A DNA stretch of 64,000 nucleotides from an uncultured Actinomycetes bacterium (GTDB lineage: Bacteria; Actinomycetota; Thermoleophilia; UBA2241). Below, piece by piece: positions 50,856 through 62,675 of the stretch (the stretch's first letter is position 1; each line of letters starts with the position of its first letter). The notes under the pieces were generated by a model. That model had not been told where the DNA came from and did not search any database. It saw only the letters and a list, made by a program, of their open reading frames with translations. The position numbers were made by a program, and so were the translations under genes. The DNA is taken from assembly GCA_963755025.1 (NCBI GenBank), contig CAVWIH010000034.1, forward strand, positions 128,001-192,000. Direction: 5' to 3'.

Positions 50856-52415
50856 GTGGAAACGACGTCTGTTCCGGGCACCACCACGACTGTCGCGGCG
50901 CCGCCGCCACCCGGGTCTGACGAGAGCGCCAAAGGGCTGAACTCGGGGGCCCTTGGCCTGTTCGCCAGCGTGGTCATCGGCGTCGCCTCGGTGGCGCCCG
51001 CCTACAGCCTGGCGGCTACGCTCGGCATTCTGGCCGCGATCAAGGGCATCGGCATGGGGTCGCCGTTCATCTTCATCGCCGGCTTCGTGCCCATGCTGCT
51101 CGTGGCCTCCGGCTTCTTCTACATGAACCAGCGCCGACCCGGACTGCGGCGAGACCTTCATCTGGACCTCGCGCGCCTTCGGCGCGCCGCTCGGCTGGAT
51201 CATCGGCTTTGCCGCCGTGGCTTCGTCGGTCATCGTCATGGCCAACCTCGTGCAGATCGCCGCGCAGTACATGTTCCTCATGCTCGGCATGCAGAGCGCG
51301 GCCGCGTCCACCCTCTGGAACACCGTGGGCGGCGTGGCCTGGCTCGTCATCGTCGGCATCTTCGTGGCGATCGGCATCAACGTCTCGGCCAAGGCGCAGT
51401 ACGTGCTCATGGGCCTGCAGATGATCCCGCTCCTGCTCTTCACCTTCTGGGCGCTCATCAAGGGCTACGCCACGCACCCGGCCGGCTTCTCGCCCGATCC
51501 GCTTCTCGTGGTTCTTCACGACTCACATGTCGGGCAGCGCCCTCGCCGGTGGCGTCGTGCTGGCCGTCTTCCTGTACTGGGGCTGGGACACCGTGCTGGC
51601 CGTCAACGAGGAGAGCGAGGACTCGCGCACCATGCCGGGCGTCTCGGCGGTCCTCAACACGCTCATCCTGGTCGTCATGTACGTGCTGATCACGGCCGCC
51701 ATGCAGGCCTACCACGGCGCCGGCCTTCCTGGCCAACAACCCCGGCGACGTCTTCAGCCCGCATCGCCCACGACGTCATGGGCGGCACCTGGGACAAGCT
51801 CGTCTTCCTGTGCATCTTCACCTCGGGCGCCGCGTCGGCTCTCACCACCCTGCTGCCGCTCACCCGCCAGACGCTGTCGATGGCGGCGCACAAGTCGCTG
51901 CCCAAGATCTTCGGCCGCATCCATCCCAAGTACATGACGCCCTTCTGGGGCACGGTCATCCTCGGCACGCTGTCGATCCTCTGGTACGTGCTGGCTGACC
52001 TGGTGGAACGTCAATGCCCTCTACGACGCCATCTCGGCGATCGGCATCATGGTCTGCATCGCCTACGGCGGCACCGGCCTGGCGGCCACCGTCTACTACC
52101 GCAAGGAGCTCCTCAAGAGCGCCAAGAACTTCTTCCTGATGGGCGTCGCGCCGACGGTCGGAGCGATCATGTTCGCCGCGATCCTCATCAAGGTGCTCTA
52201 CGACGACTATCCTACACGGCGGCAACGGCGCGAGCTACACCGGCATCCACGGCATCGGCGGCGTCTTCCTGATGGGCGTCGGCACCATGCTGATCGGTGT
52301 CGTGCTCATGATCGCCATGTGGATCTGGAAGCCCGAGTTCTTCAAGCGCGGGCCCGAGACCTGGCCCGGCGAAGGCCAGCCCATCCCGTACGCCGACGAG
52401 CGCGTCTCCGACTGA
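50856..52415 (+). CDS. APC family amino acid/amine permease (several frameshifts)
   Basis: VASVAPAYSLA, PDCG..F.W, FLYWGWD...NEES, FGRIHPKYMTP found across frames; GGGAGG RBS. Confidence 0.85.
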
Positions 52416-52440
52416 CGCACTCGCGCACGCACTCAGGGCA

Positions 52441-52482
52441 ACGGCGCCGGCCGCCGCTCAGCGCGGCGGCCGGCGCTGTTTG
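52441..52482 (+). terminator. Intrinsic terminator-like hairpin after the permease gene
   Basis: ACGGCGCCGGCCGCCGC-TCAGC-GCGGCGGCCGGCGCTGT followed by TTG. Confidence 0.65.
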
Positions 52483-52514
52483 CTGAGGCGGCCGCCCGGC
52501 GGCAGGCGCTCTTG

Positions 52515-52574
52515 TCGGCGGCCGGCGCTTCGGCGGTCGGCGCCTCGGCGGTCGGCGCTTCGGCGGCCGGCGCT
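52515..52574. repeat. Tandem repeat, 4 x 15 bp
   Basis: Unit TCGGCGGYCGGCGCY. Confidence 0.75.
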
Positions 52575-52699
52575 ACGCTGTACGCGTGTCGATGCCCGGC
52601 CCCGCGGGTAGCTTGTCGTCATGACGGGGGCAGGGGTTTGACTCACTTCGCAGTTGTTCGACGCTTGCAGCGTGGTCGTGTATACTGCGCTCTCGCGAT

Positions 52700-52798
52700 A
52701 TGAGCAGAAGCAGCCGCTTCTCACCCTGCGCCGTTTGGTCGACAGGGTCCACGAGTTAGGGAAGGAGACCGGTAGGGGCGCTCAGGCGACCCTTTTTC
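52700..52798 (+). ncRNA. Ribosomal protein L20 leader (infC leader) with terminator-like hairpin
   Basis: GCAGAAGCAGCCGCTTCTCACCCTG...CAGGGT matches the L20-leader core; AGGGGCGC-loop-GCGACCCT-TTTT; TATACT -10 at 52681; upstream of infC-rpmI-rplT. Confidence 0.75.
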
Positions 52799-52799
52799 T

Positions 52800-53357
52800 A
52801 TGGGAAAGCCGTTCTATCCAAGAGACAGGGACCGGCCCAAAGGGCCCGATACCCGCATTCGCATCAACGATGGCATCTACGCCGACCGTGTCAGGCTGAT
52901 CGACGACAACGGGGCGCAGCTGGGCATCAAGACCATCCGCGAGGCCCAGGACTACGCGGCGTCGAAGAACCTCGACCTGGTCGAGGTCGCCCCACAGGCC
53001 GACCCGCCCGTCTGTCGCATCATGAACTTCAGCAAGTATCGCTACGAGCTCGAGCTCAAAGCGAAGCAGGCGCGCAAGCACCAGAGCAACATCATCATCA
53101 AAGAGATCAAGTTTCGCCCGAAGATCGACGCACACGATTACGAGACCAAAAAGGGTCACGTCGTGCGCTTCCTCGAGCACCAGGACAAGGTGAAGGTGAC
53201 GATCATGTTCCGCGGCCGCGAGCTGGTTCACCCGGAGCGCGGAGAACAGCTGCTCATGCGGCTCGCCGAGGAGCTCAAGGAGCTTGCGGTCATCGAGTCC
53301 AAGCCCAACCTCGACGGTCGCAACATGATCATGATGCTCGCGCCCGTGAAGTCGTAA
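52800..53357 (+). CDS. infC: Translation initiation factor IF-3
   Basis: RINDGI...VRLID, LDLVEVAP..DPPVCRIM, KEIKFRPKID.HD, KVKVTIMFRGRE. Confidence 0.96.
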   Translation: MGKPFYPRDRDRPKGPDTRIRINDGIYADRVRLIDDNGAQLGIKTIREAQDYAASKNLDLVEVAPQADPPVCRIMNFSKYRYELELKAKQARKHQSNIIIKEIKFRPKIDAHDYETKKGHVVRFLEHQDKVKVTIMFRGRELVHPERGEQLLMRLAEELKELAVIESKPNLDGRNMIMMLAPVKS

Positions 53358-53370
53358 GGAGAGGGTGCGC

Positions 53371-53568
53371 ATGCCCAAAATGAAGACCCACAGCGCTACC
53401 AAGAAGCGCTTTCGCCTGAGTGCGAACGGCAAGATCGTCCGTCGCAAGGCCTTCAAGAGCCACATCCTCGAAAAGAAGACCTCCAAGCGCAAGCGCGGTT
53501 TTCGCAAGAACGACCTGGTCAGCCAGAGCGACCGAAGAGAAGTTCTCACGCTCCTCGGCAAACGCTGA
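53371..53568 (+). CDS. rpmI: 50S ribosomal protein L35
   Basis: MPKMKTHSATKKRF...HILEKK. Confidence 0.96.
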   Translation: MPKMKTHSATKKRFRLSANGKIVRRKAFKSHILEKKTSKRKRGFRKNDLVSQSDRREVLTLLGKR

Positions 53569-53639
53569 GGCCTGAGAGAGCGGGGCGGCAGACGACCGCC
53601 TAGGTCGCACCCCCGCTCACCGGATCAAGGAGTACAGAA

Positions 53640-54014
53640 ATGCCTCGAGTCAAGCGAAGCGTTAACGCGCGCAAGAAGCGCCGCAAGGTCCTCGAGCAGG
53701 CCAAGGGCTACCGCGGCACTAAGCACTCGAGCTATCGCCGCGCCAAAGAGCAGGTCCAGCGCAGTCTCAAGTACGCCTATCGCGACCGCCGCGTGCGCAA
53801 GCGCGAGTTCCGCAAGCTCTGGATCGTGCGCATCAACGCCGGCGCCCGCGAGAACGGCCTCTCGTACAACACCTTCATGCACGGCCTCAAGCTCGCCGAG
53901 ATCGAGCTCGACCGCAAGGTGCTGGCCGACATGGCCGTCGCCGACCCGGCTTCCTTCGCCGCGCTCGTAGAGCAGGCCAAGGTGGCGCTCGCCGACGCGG
54001 CTCAGGCCGCGTAG
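53640..54014 (+). CDS. rplT: 50S ribosomal protein L20
   Basis: MPRVKR...AKGYRG...[21 protein letters not shown]; ends in TAG. Confidence 0.97.
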   Translation: MPRVKRSVNARKKRRKVLEQAKGYRGTKHSSYRRAKEQVQRSLKYAYRDRRVRKREFRKLWIVRINAGARENGLSYNTFMHGLKLAEIELDRKVLADMAVADPASFAALVEQAKVALADAAQAA

Positions 54015-54044
54015 GCCGCGCCGTCTCCGAGGCAGGTCGACCGC

Positions 54045-54925
54045 GTGGGGTTTTAGCCGCCCTTACGAGCACTGAGAACCCGCTCGTCAAGCGAGCGGCG
54101 TCGCTGCGCGTCCGCAAATACCGCCAGCGCGAGGGCGCCTTTTTAGTCGAAGGCGACGACCTCGTGGTGGCCGCCCTCGCAGGCGGCCTTTCGCCCGAAG
54201 CCGTCTTCGTGATCGGCGAGCCCGACGACATCGCCGTCAGGCTCGCCGAGTCCGGTCACCCCTTGGCCGACGCTCCGGTCTACGCGATCGACGCGCGGGT
54301 GGCCGCCCGCCTGTCTACCCTCGAAACGGCGCCCGCCACCATGGCCGTCTTCGCGCTGCCCCAGGCGGCGCCGCTCGGCGAGTCGCGGGGTACCGGCGCG
54401 GCCGACCATGCGCTCGGCCTGGTCGTGTACGCCGACCGCCTGGCCGACCCCGGCAACCTGGGCACGCTCGTGCGGGCGGCGGCGGCCTTCGCCGCCACCG
54501 CCGTGGTCGCCTCGCCGGGCTCGGTCGACCTCTTCTCGCCCAAGGTGGTGCGCGCCGGCATGGGCGCCTCGTTCGCCCTGCCCCTCTATCAGGACATGAC
54601 CCTCGAGCAGGTCGTCGCCGAGCTCGGCGCCCGTACGGTCTACGGCCTCGTCGCTCACGGCGGCGCGCCGCTCGACGGCGTGGCCCCAGCCGGCCGCGAC
54701 GCCGCGCCCACCGTGCTCGTGGTGGGCGCCGAGCGCGCCGGCCTGAGCCCCGAGACGCTCGCCTTCGTCACCGATCTGCTCACCATCCCGCTGGCCGGAG
54801 CCACCGGCGCGGGGGTAGAGTCGCTGAACGCCGGCGTAGCCGGCGCCATCGCGCTGTACGAGATCTCCCGCCATCTGGCCGGGCCGGCGCGCACGAACGA
54901 CGGCGCAGGGCCGTCGAAGGAGTGA
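54045..54925 (+). CDS. TrmH/SpoU family RNA methyltransferase (start approximate)
   Basis: TSTENPLVK...FLVEG, DPGNLGTLVR, VVGAERAGL, ESLNAGVA. Confidence 0.88.
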
Positions 54926-54927
54926 CC

Positions 54928-56121
<1,194 letters not shown>

Positions 56122-56122
<1 letters not shown>

Positions 56123-58624
56123 TGAGAGTGCCGCTTAGCTGGTTACGCGACTACGTCGCCTGGGACGGCTCCGCCGAGGAGCTCGCCGAGCTGCTCAGCA
56201 TGAGCGGCTCCGAGGTCGAGGGCATCGACTGGGTGGGCGCGCCTCACGATGCCGACAACCTGGCGCGCTTCCGCGTGGGCCGCGTGCTCACCAAGGAGCG
56301 CCACCCCAACGCCGACAAGCTCTGGCTGTGCACGGTCGACGTGGGCGAGGCGGGCGGCGGCGTGCACCAGATCGTCTGCGGCGCCCAGAACTTCGCGGCG
56401 GGCGACACCGTGGCCGTCTCGCTGGCCGGCGCCACGCTCGAGAACGGCCTCAAGCTGCGCAAGGCCAACCTGCGCGGCGTCGAGTCGAACGGCATGATGC
56501 TCTCCGAGCAGGAGCTCGGCTTCGAGCAGGCCAGCCCCGGCATCATGGTGCTGCCGGCCGACTGGCCGGTGGGCGCGCCGCTGGCCGACTACCTGCCCGT
56601 GGCCGAGCCGGTCCTCGAGATCGAGGTCACGCCCAACCGCCCCGACTGCCTGTCGATCTACGGCATGGCCCGCGAGGTGGCGGCGGCGGCCGGGCTGCCG
56701 CTGGCGCCGCCGCCCGTCGACGAGCCGCCCACCGGCGGCGCGCCGGCCGACGCAGTCGATCGCCGTCGAGATCGCCGACCCCGACCTGTGCGCGCGCTAC
56801 GGCGCGCGCGTCATGCGCGGCGTCACGGTCGGCGCCTCGCCGGTCTGGCTCAAGGCGCGGCTCACCCACGCCGGCATGCGCCCCATCAACAACGTGGTCG
56901 ACGTCACCAACTACGTGCTGCTGGCCGTCGGCGAACCGCTGCACGCCTTCGACGCCGCCAACATCCGCGGCGACAAGCTCGTCGTGCGCCGCGCCCACGC
57001 CGGCGAACGCATCGTCACCCTCGACGGCGTCGAGCGTGCCCTTGCTGCCCGACAACCTGGTGATCGCCGACACCGAGCGCGCCCTGGTCATCGCCGGCGT
57101 CTTCGGCGCCGTCGACGCCGAGGTCGACGAGCAGACCACCGACCTCGTGCTCGAGGCGGCCACCTTCAACGGCCCCAACATCATGCATACCTCCAAAGAG
57201 GTGGGCTGGCGCAGCGAAGCCAGCTCGCGCTTCGAGAAGGGGCTCGATCCCTGCTACGTGCCGCACGGCCTGGCCATGGCGAGCCGCCTGTTCCACGAGC
57301 TCTGCGGCGGCACCGTGGCGCCCGGCACGGTCGACGTGTGGGGGCAGCGGCCCGCCGCGCCGCCGCGCCTGCAGTACCACCCGAGCCTCTCCGACCGCCT
57401 GCTCGGCCTGCCCATCGCGGCGCCCGAGCAAGCCGACATCTTGCGGCGCCTGGAGTGCGAGGTCGAGGCGACCGACACGGCGGCCGCCTCCGAATCCGAC
57501 CTTTCGGTCACGCCGCCGCCGTTTCGCCGCGACCTCGAGCGCCCCGTCGACCTGGTCGAAGAGGTCGCCCGCATCCACGGCCTCGAGAACCTGCCCGAGA
57601 CCCTGCCGCTGCGCGGCGAGGCCGATCGGCCTGCTGACGACCGACCAGCAGGTGCGCCGGCGCATCGCCGACACCCTGATCGGCGCCGGGCTCGACGAGG
57701 TCGTCACCTACTCGTTCGTGGCCGCCGACGCCGTCGCGCCCGCTGGGCCTGGCAGCCGACGACCGCCGCGGCGCGCCCATCGCCCTGGCCAACCCCATGA
57801 GCGCCGAGCAGGCCGTCATGCGCACCACGCTGCTGCCCGGCCTGCTGGCCGCCGTGGCCGCCAACCTGGCGCACCAGGCCGAGCGGGTCGCCGTGTTCGA
57901 GCAGGGGCGCGTCTACCTGCCGCGGCGCGACGGCGCGCTGCCCACGCCGCGCCGGGGCCCAAGGACACCTGCCAGCCGTGGCCGACCGACGAGCCCGAGA
58001 TGCTCGGCATCGCGCTCTGCGGCGCGGTCGTGGGCGAGAGCTGGGCGGGCGACCGCGCGACCGACCGACTTCTACACGATCAAGGGCTTCGTCGAGCGCC
58101 TGCTGGCCGGCCTGCAGATCGGCGGCGCCGCGCTTCGAACGCGGCGACCGAGCCCTACCTGCACCCCGGCAAGGCGGCCGACCTTGCTGCTCGACGACGA
58201 GCGTGTCGGGGCGCTGGGGCTGCTGCGCCCCGACGTCGCCGCGCGCTACGGCATCGAGGGCCACGCGGTCTACGTCGCCGAGCTCGCCGTGGCGCCGCTG
58301 GCCGCGCGCGGCCTCACGACCAGCCTGTTCGAAGATCTGCTCACGTTCCCGCCGGCCAGTCAGGACCTCGCCGTCGTGCTCGACGCCGGCGTGCCGGCCG
58401 CCGAGGTGCTCGCCGTCGTGCGCAAAGCCGGCGGCAAGCTGTTGCGCGAGGCCCACGTGTTCGACGTCTACGAGGGCGACCAGGTGCCCGCCGGCAAGCG
58501 CTCGCTGGCCGTGCGCCTGCTCATGCGCTCGCCCGACCGCACGCTGACCGAAAAGGACATCACCGGCGTGCGCCACAAGGTGCTGAGCGCGCTCGAACGC
58601 GACCTGGGCGCCGCGCTGCGGTAG
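56122..58624 (+). CDS. pheT: Phenylalanine--tRNA ligase beta subunit (several frameshifts)
   Basis: [70 protein letters not shown]; ends in TAG. Confidence 0.95.
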
Positions 58625-58714
58625 GCGCCGCCGCGACGGCCACCAGGGCGTCTCGCCGCCATCCAGTCGCCCCGCAGGGTGTTATGAATAGTTCTCGCGC
58701 TGTTAGCGTCTGGC

Positions 58715-58743
58715 TTGCATCTTTTGCAGGCCTCGCGTAGAGT
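58715..58743 (+). promoter_or_regulatory. arg operon promoter with overlapping ARG-box-like palindrome
   Basis: TTGCAT-17 bp-TAGAGT; TGCATCTTTTGCA 58716-28; TGAATA half-site at 58685. Confidence 0.55.
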
Positions 58744-58965
58744 GCCGAGACCATGAACCGCTCCACGTCCATCACCGGTCTCTGTGCGCGCCGCCTTCGC
58801 GGCGCCCTCGACGGCCGCTTGTGGTCACGGGCCCGACGTGCACGACGCACGCCGGCCGGTGGTCGCTAGCGCCTGTCCTTTCTTCTCCGCTCCGCTCGTC
58901 AGAAAGACGGTCCGCCCCCACCGCGTCGGCTTTGCTTGTCCCGTCGTCGTCGCTCGGAGTGCCTC

Positions 58966-60270
58966 ATGACCGTCACCAGCGCCACCTTCACGTCAACCAG
59001 TCCCGGCGATCCGCTCGCGGCCTGTGCCGACGACCCACTCGTCGCCGCCGCAGGCGACCCGCGCTCCGCCTGCGTGGCCGACGCGCTTGCCCTCGCTACC
59101 TGCTCCGGCGACCAGCTCGCCGCCTGCGTGGGCGAGACGCTCGCCGTCGCCGGCGATACGCTCGGCGCCGCGGCGCGCCAATCGCGGCAGGTCACGGCCG
59201 CGGTCGTGGGCGCGTCGGGGTACACCGGCGCGCTGCTCTGCGAGCTGCTCCTGCGCCACCCCGGGGTCGCGCTCGAGCAGGTGAGCTCCGAGCAGCTCGT
59301 CGGCGGCCTGGTGGCCGATCACCTGCCGCGGCTGCGCACCAAGCTGTCGTTCCGCTCGCCGGCCGAGGTCGGCGGTACCGACGTGGCCTTCGTCTGCGCG
59401 CCGCACGGGCAGGCGGCCCACGTGGTGTCGCGCCTGCTCGACGACGGCGCCCGGGTCGTCGACCTGTCGGCCGACTTTCGCCTCGACGCCGAGACCTACG
59501 CCGCCTGGTATCGCCCGCACCCCTACCCCGAACTGCTGCCGCAGGCGGTCTACGGCCTGACCGAGCTGCAGCGTCCGGCTCTTGCCGGCGCAACGCTCGT
59601 CGCCAACCCGGGCTGCTACCCCACGGCCGCGCTGCTCGCCTTGGCGCCGCTTGCGCCGCTCGGCCTCACCGACGTCGTCATCGACGCCAAGTCGGGCGTG
59701 AGCGGCGCCGGCAAGTCGCCCAGCGAGCGCACCCACTTCTGCAGCATCGGCGACGACCTCGTGGCGTACGGGCTGGGCGGGCACCGTCACTATCCCGAGA
59801 TCGTCGGCGGCCTGGCTGCGCTGGCCGCCGCCGGGGCGGGGCCGAGCGCCGCCGGGGCGGGGCCGAGCGCCGCCGGGATGGGGCCGAGCGCCGCCGGGGC
59901 GACACCGAGCGCGCCGGGGCAGCCGACCGCGCCCACCCTCACCTTCGTGCCGCACCTCATGCCGGTCGCGCGCGGCATCGTCGAGACGATCTACGTGCGC
60001 GCCGAGCGGCTGCCCTCGGCAGCCGCCCTGCGCGCCCTCTACGACGAGGCTTACGCGGGCGAGCCGTTCGTCGCCCTGGCCGACGCGCCGCCTGAGTTGA
60101 AAGACGTGGTCGGCACCAACTGCTGCCGCCTCTTCGCCACCATCGACGAGGCGGCCCGCCGCATCGTCGTGGTCTCGGTCATCGACAACCTCATGAAAGG
60201 CGCCGCCGGTCAGGCCGTACAGAACCTGAACGTCATGGCCGGCTTTCCCGAGCATTGGGGGCTCACGTGA
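58966..60270 (+). CDS. argC: N-acetyl-gamma-glutamyl-phosphate reductase
   Basis: VVGASGYTG, DLSADFRL, ANPGCYPT, SGVSGAG, HRHYPEI, DNLMKGAAGQAVQN. Confidence 0.95.
   Translation: MTVTSATFTSTSPGDPLAACADDPLVAAAGDPRSACVADALALATCSGDQLAACVGETLAVAGDTLGAAARQSRQVTAAVVGASGYTGALLCELLLRHPGVALEQVSSEQLVGGLVADHLPRLRTKLSFRSPAEVGGTDVAFVCAPHGQAAHVVSRLLDDGARVVDLSADFRLDAETYAAWYRPHPYPELLPQAVYGLTELQRPALAGATLVANPGCYPTAALLALAPLAPLGLTDVVIDAKSGVSGAGKSPSERTHFCSIGDDLVAYGLGGHRHYPEIVGGLAALAAAGAGPSAAGAGPSAAGMGPSAAGATPSAPGQPTAPTLTFVPHLMPVARGIVETIYVRAERLPSAAALRALYDEAYAGEPFVALADAPPELKDVVGTNCCRLFATIDEAARRIVVVSVIDNLMKGAAGQAVQNLNVMAGFPEHWGLT
59827..59919 (+). repeat. In-frame 21-bp tandem repeat within argC
   Basis: GCCGCCGGGGCGGGGCCGAGC x ~4 encoding AAGAGPS. 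Confidence 0.8.
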
Positions 60271-61622
60271 ACGCACCGCGCAAGCAGGCCGCGCCGCCCC
60301 GCAAGGCCGCAGCGCCGCGCAAGGGTCCGGCGTCGGCCATGCGGCTCGCCCTCGAGGGCTGCGGCCCCTCCGAGCTGCTGCCGGCGAGCCGCTTCGTCAC
60401 CCTGCCGGACGGCGTCGAGCAGGCCGCCGGCACCGTCACGCACCCGCTCGGCTTTCGGGCCGCCGGCCTGCACGTCGGCCTCAAGCGCAGCGGCCAGCGC
60501 GACCTCGGCATCCTCATCTCCGACAAGCCCTGCTCGTCGGCGGTGCTGTTCACTACGAACGCCGCGGCGGCCGCGCCGGTGCGCCTCACGCGGGGCTCGT
60601 CGACCTGCGAGCGCCTGCGCGGCGTGGTCGTGAACTCGGGCAACGCCAACGCCTGCACCGGCAAGCGCGGCCTGGGCGACGCGGCGCGCATGCGCCTGGT
60701 CGCCGCCGACGCCCTGCGGCTGCCCCCCGAAGAGGTCGCCGTGGCCTCGACCGGGGTGATCGGCGTGCCACTGCCGATCGACCCCATCGTGAGCGGCATC
60801 GAGGCGACCGCCAAGGCGCTCGCCCCCGACGGCGGCCCCGACTTCGCCGCCGCCATCCGCACCACCGACCGCACGCCCAAGGCGGGGGCGCTCACCCTTC
60901 ACCTCGACGGCGGCGAGGTGCGCATAGGCCTGGCCGCCAAGGGCGCCGGCATGATCAGCCCGCGCATGGCGACCACGCTCTGCTTTGTGACGACCGACGC
61001 CGCCATACCGCAGCCGGCGCTCGACGACCTGCTGCGCCGCGTCGTGGCGCGCACCTTCAACTCGATCACGGTCGACGGCCAGCAGTCGACCAACGACATG
61101 GTCCTCTGCCTGGCCAACGGCGCCTCGGGCGTCTCGGTGACGGGCCCCGCGCTGACCGTCTTCGAAGCGGCGCTCGAGGCCGCCATGCTGGCGCTCGCCG
61201 TGGCCCTGGTGGGCGACGGCGAAGGCTCGACGCACACGGTGCGCCTGGCCGTGGGCGGCGCCTGGGACGACGACGAGGCCGCCCTCGTGGCGCGCTCCAT
61301 AGGCGACTCGCCGCTCGTCAAATGCGCCTTCTTCGGCGCCGACCCCAACTGGGGCCGCATCGTGCAGGCCGCCGGGCAGGTCGTAGGCTCCACGGCCGGC
61401 GCGCGCTTTCGCGTGGAGGTCGCCTACGGCGAGGTCGAGGTGGTGCGCGACGGCGAGCCGGTCGAGCTCAGCGCGGCGCGCCGCCGCGCCCTGGCCGTCG
61501 TCATGGCCAAGCCCGAGATCGACCTGCGCCTCACCCTGCATCGCGGGCCCGGCGCCGCGACCGTCTACTTCAGCGACTTGAGCCACGAGTACGTGTCCGT
61601 CAACTCCGAAAGCACGAGCTAA
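60267..61622 (+). CDS. argJ: Ornithine acetyltransferase ArgJ
   Basis: NSGNANACTG, ASTGVIG, AKGAGMISPRMAT, DGQQSTND, DGEG, DPNWGRI. Confidence 0.95.
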   Translation: MNAPRKQAAPPRKAAAPRKGPASAMRLALEGCGPSELLPASRFVTLPDGVEQAAGTVTHPLGFRAAGLHVGLKRSGQRDLGILISDKPCSSAVLFTTNAAAAAPVRLTRGSSTCERLRGVVVNSGNANACTGKRGLGDAARMRLVAADALRLPPEEVAVASTGVIGVPLPIDPIVSGIEATAKALAPDGGPDFAAAIRTTDRTPKAGALTLHLDGGEVRIGLAAKGAGMISPRMATTLCFVTTDAAIPQPALDDLLRRVVARTFNSITVDGQQSTNDMVLCLANGASGVSVTGPALTVFEAALEAAMLALAVALVGDGEGSTHTVRLAVGGAWDDDEAALVARSIGDSPLVKCAFFGADPNWGRIVQAAGQVVGSTAGARFRVEVAYGEVEVVRDGEPVELSAARRRALAVVMAKPEIDLRLTLHRGPGAATVYFSDLSHEYVSVNSESTS

Positions 61623-61634
61623 GAGGTGGCAACC

Positions 61635-62511
61635 ATGACCGCTCGCCATCAAAGGACAGTCCAGACCCTGATCGAGGCGCTGCCCTACATCCGCCGCTTC
61701 CAGGGCTCCACCATGGTCGTCAAATACGGCGGCGCCGCCATGACCAGCCCACAGCTGGCCGAGCAGTTCGCCAAAGACGTGGTGCTGCTCAAGCTGGTGG
61801 GTATGCGCCCCGTGATCGTGCACGGCGGCGGCCTCGAGATCACCCGCCAGATGAGCCGCCTCGGCATGGAGCCGGTCTTCGTCGACGGCCAGCGCGTCAC
61901 CGACGCCGCCACCCTCGAGGTGGCCGGCATGGTGCTGGTCGGCAAGGTCAACACGCGACATCGTCGGCCTCATCAACAGCCACGGGGGCACCGCCGTGGG
62001 CCTCTCGGGCCAGGACGGCAGGCTCATCCGCGCGCAGGTCAAGGAGCACCACGACCTCGAGGGCAACCTGCTCGACCTGGGCTTCGTGGGCTCGGTGAAG
62101 GGCATCGACACGACCGTGCTCGACCTGCTCACCGACGACATGATCCCCGTCGTGGCCAGCGTGGCCGCCGACGACTCGGGCCAGGTCTTCAACATCAACG
62201 CCGACACGGTGGCCGGCGAGCTGGCCGCCGCGGTCGGGGCCGAGAAGATCGTCTTTCTGACCGACGTGGGCGGCGTGCTCGAAGACGACGGTTTCGAGCA
62301 GACCGTGGTGAGCGAGTGCGACCTCGCCTACCTGGGCGCGCTGCAGGGCGCCGGCAAGATCACCGGCGGCATGCTGCCCAAGGTGGCCGCCGTGCGGCAG
62401 GCGCTGGGCGCCGGCGTGGCGAGCGCCCACATCGTCGACGGCCGCGTCGAGCACGCCGTGCTGCTCGAGGTGCTCACCGACGCCGGCTGCGGCACCAAGG
62501 TCGTCGCGTGA
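61635..62511 (+). CDS. argB: Acetylglutamate kinase (frameshift near 61955)
   Basis: [24 protein letters not shown]; second frame GLSGQDG, NINAD, GGMLPKV, GCGT. Confidence 0.93.
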
Positions 62512-62598
62512 GCGCGGTGAGCGCCATCGCCGCCGCGCAGGAATGCTCCGGCGTGGGCGCGGCGCCCGATTGCCTATGCTCAAAAGGCGCGTTCGTCT

Positions 62599-62611
62599 TG
62601 TATAGTATGCA
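62599..62611. promoter_or_regulatory. ARG-box-like palindrome overlapping a -10-like hexamer upstream of argR
   Basis: TGTATAGTATGCA containing TATAGT. Confidence 0.5.
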
Positions 62612-62675
62612 CGACATTCCTGCATCTACGGGGGGCGCCCGGCCACTGCGGACCGGGGGCGGACAGGCGGGGGAC

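Noticed and set aside
54012-54056. Amber readthrough fusing rplT to trmH
   Set aside because: The readthrough frame hits another TAG at 54054 and L20 is already full length; the trmH start offset is better explained by a homopolymer indel
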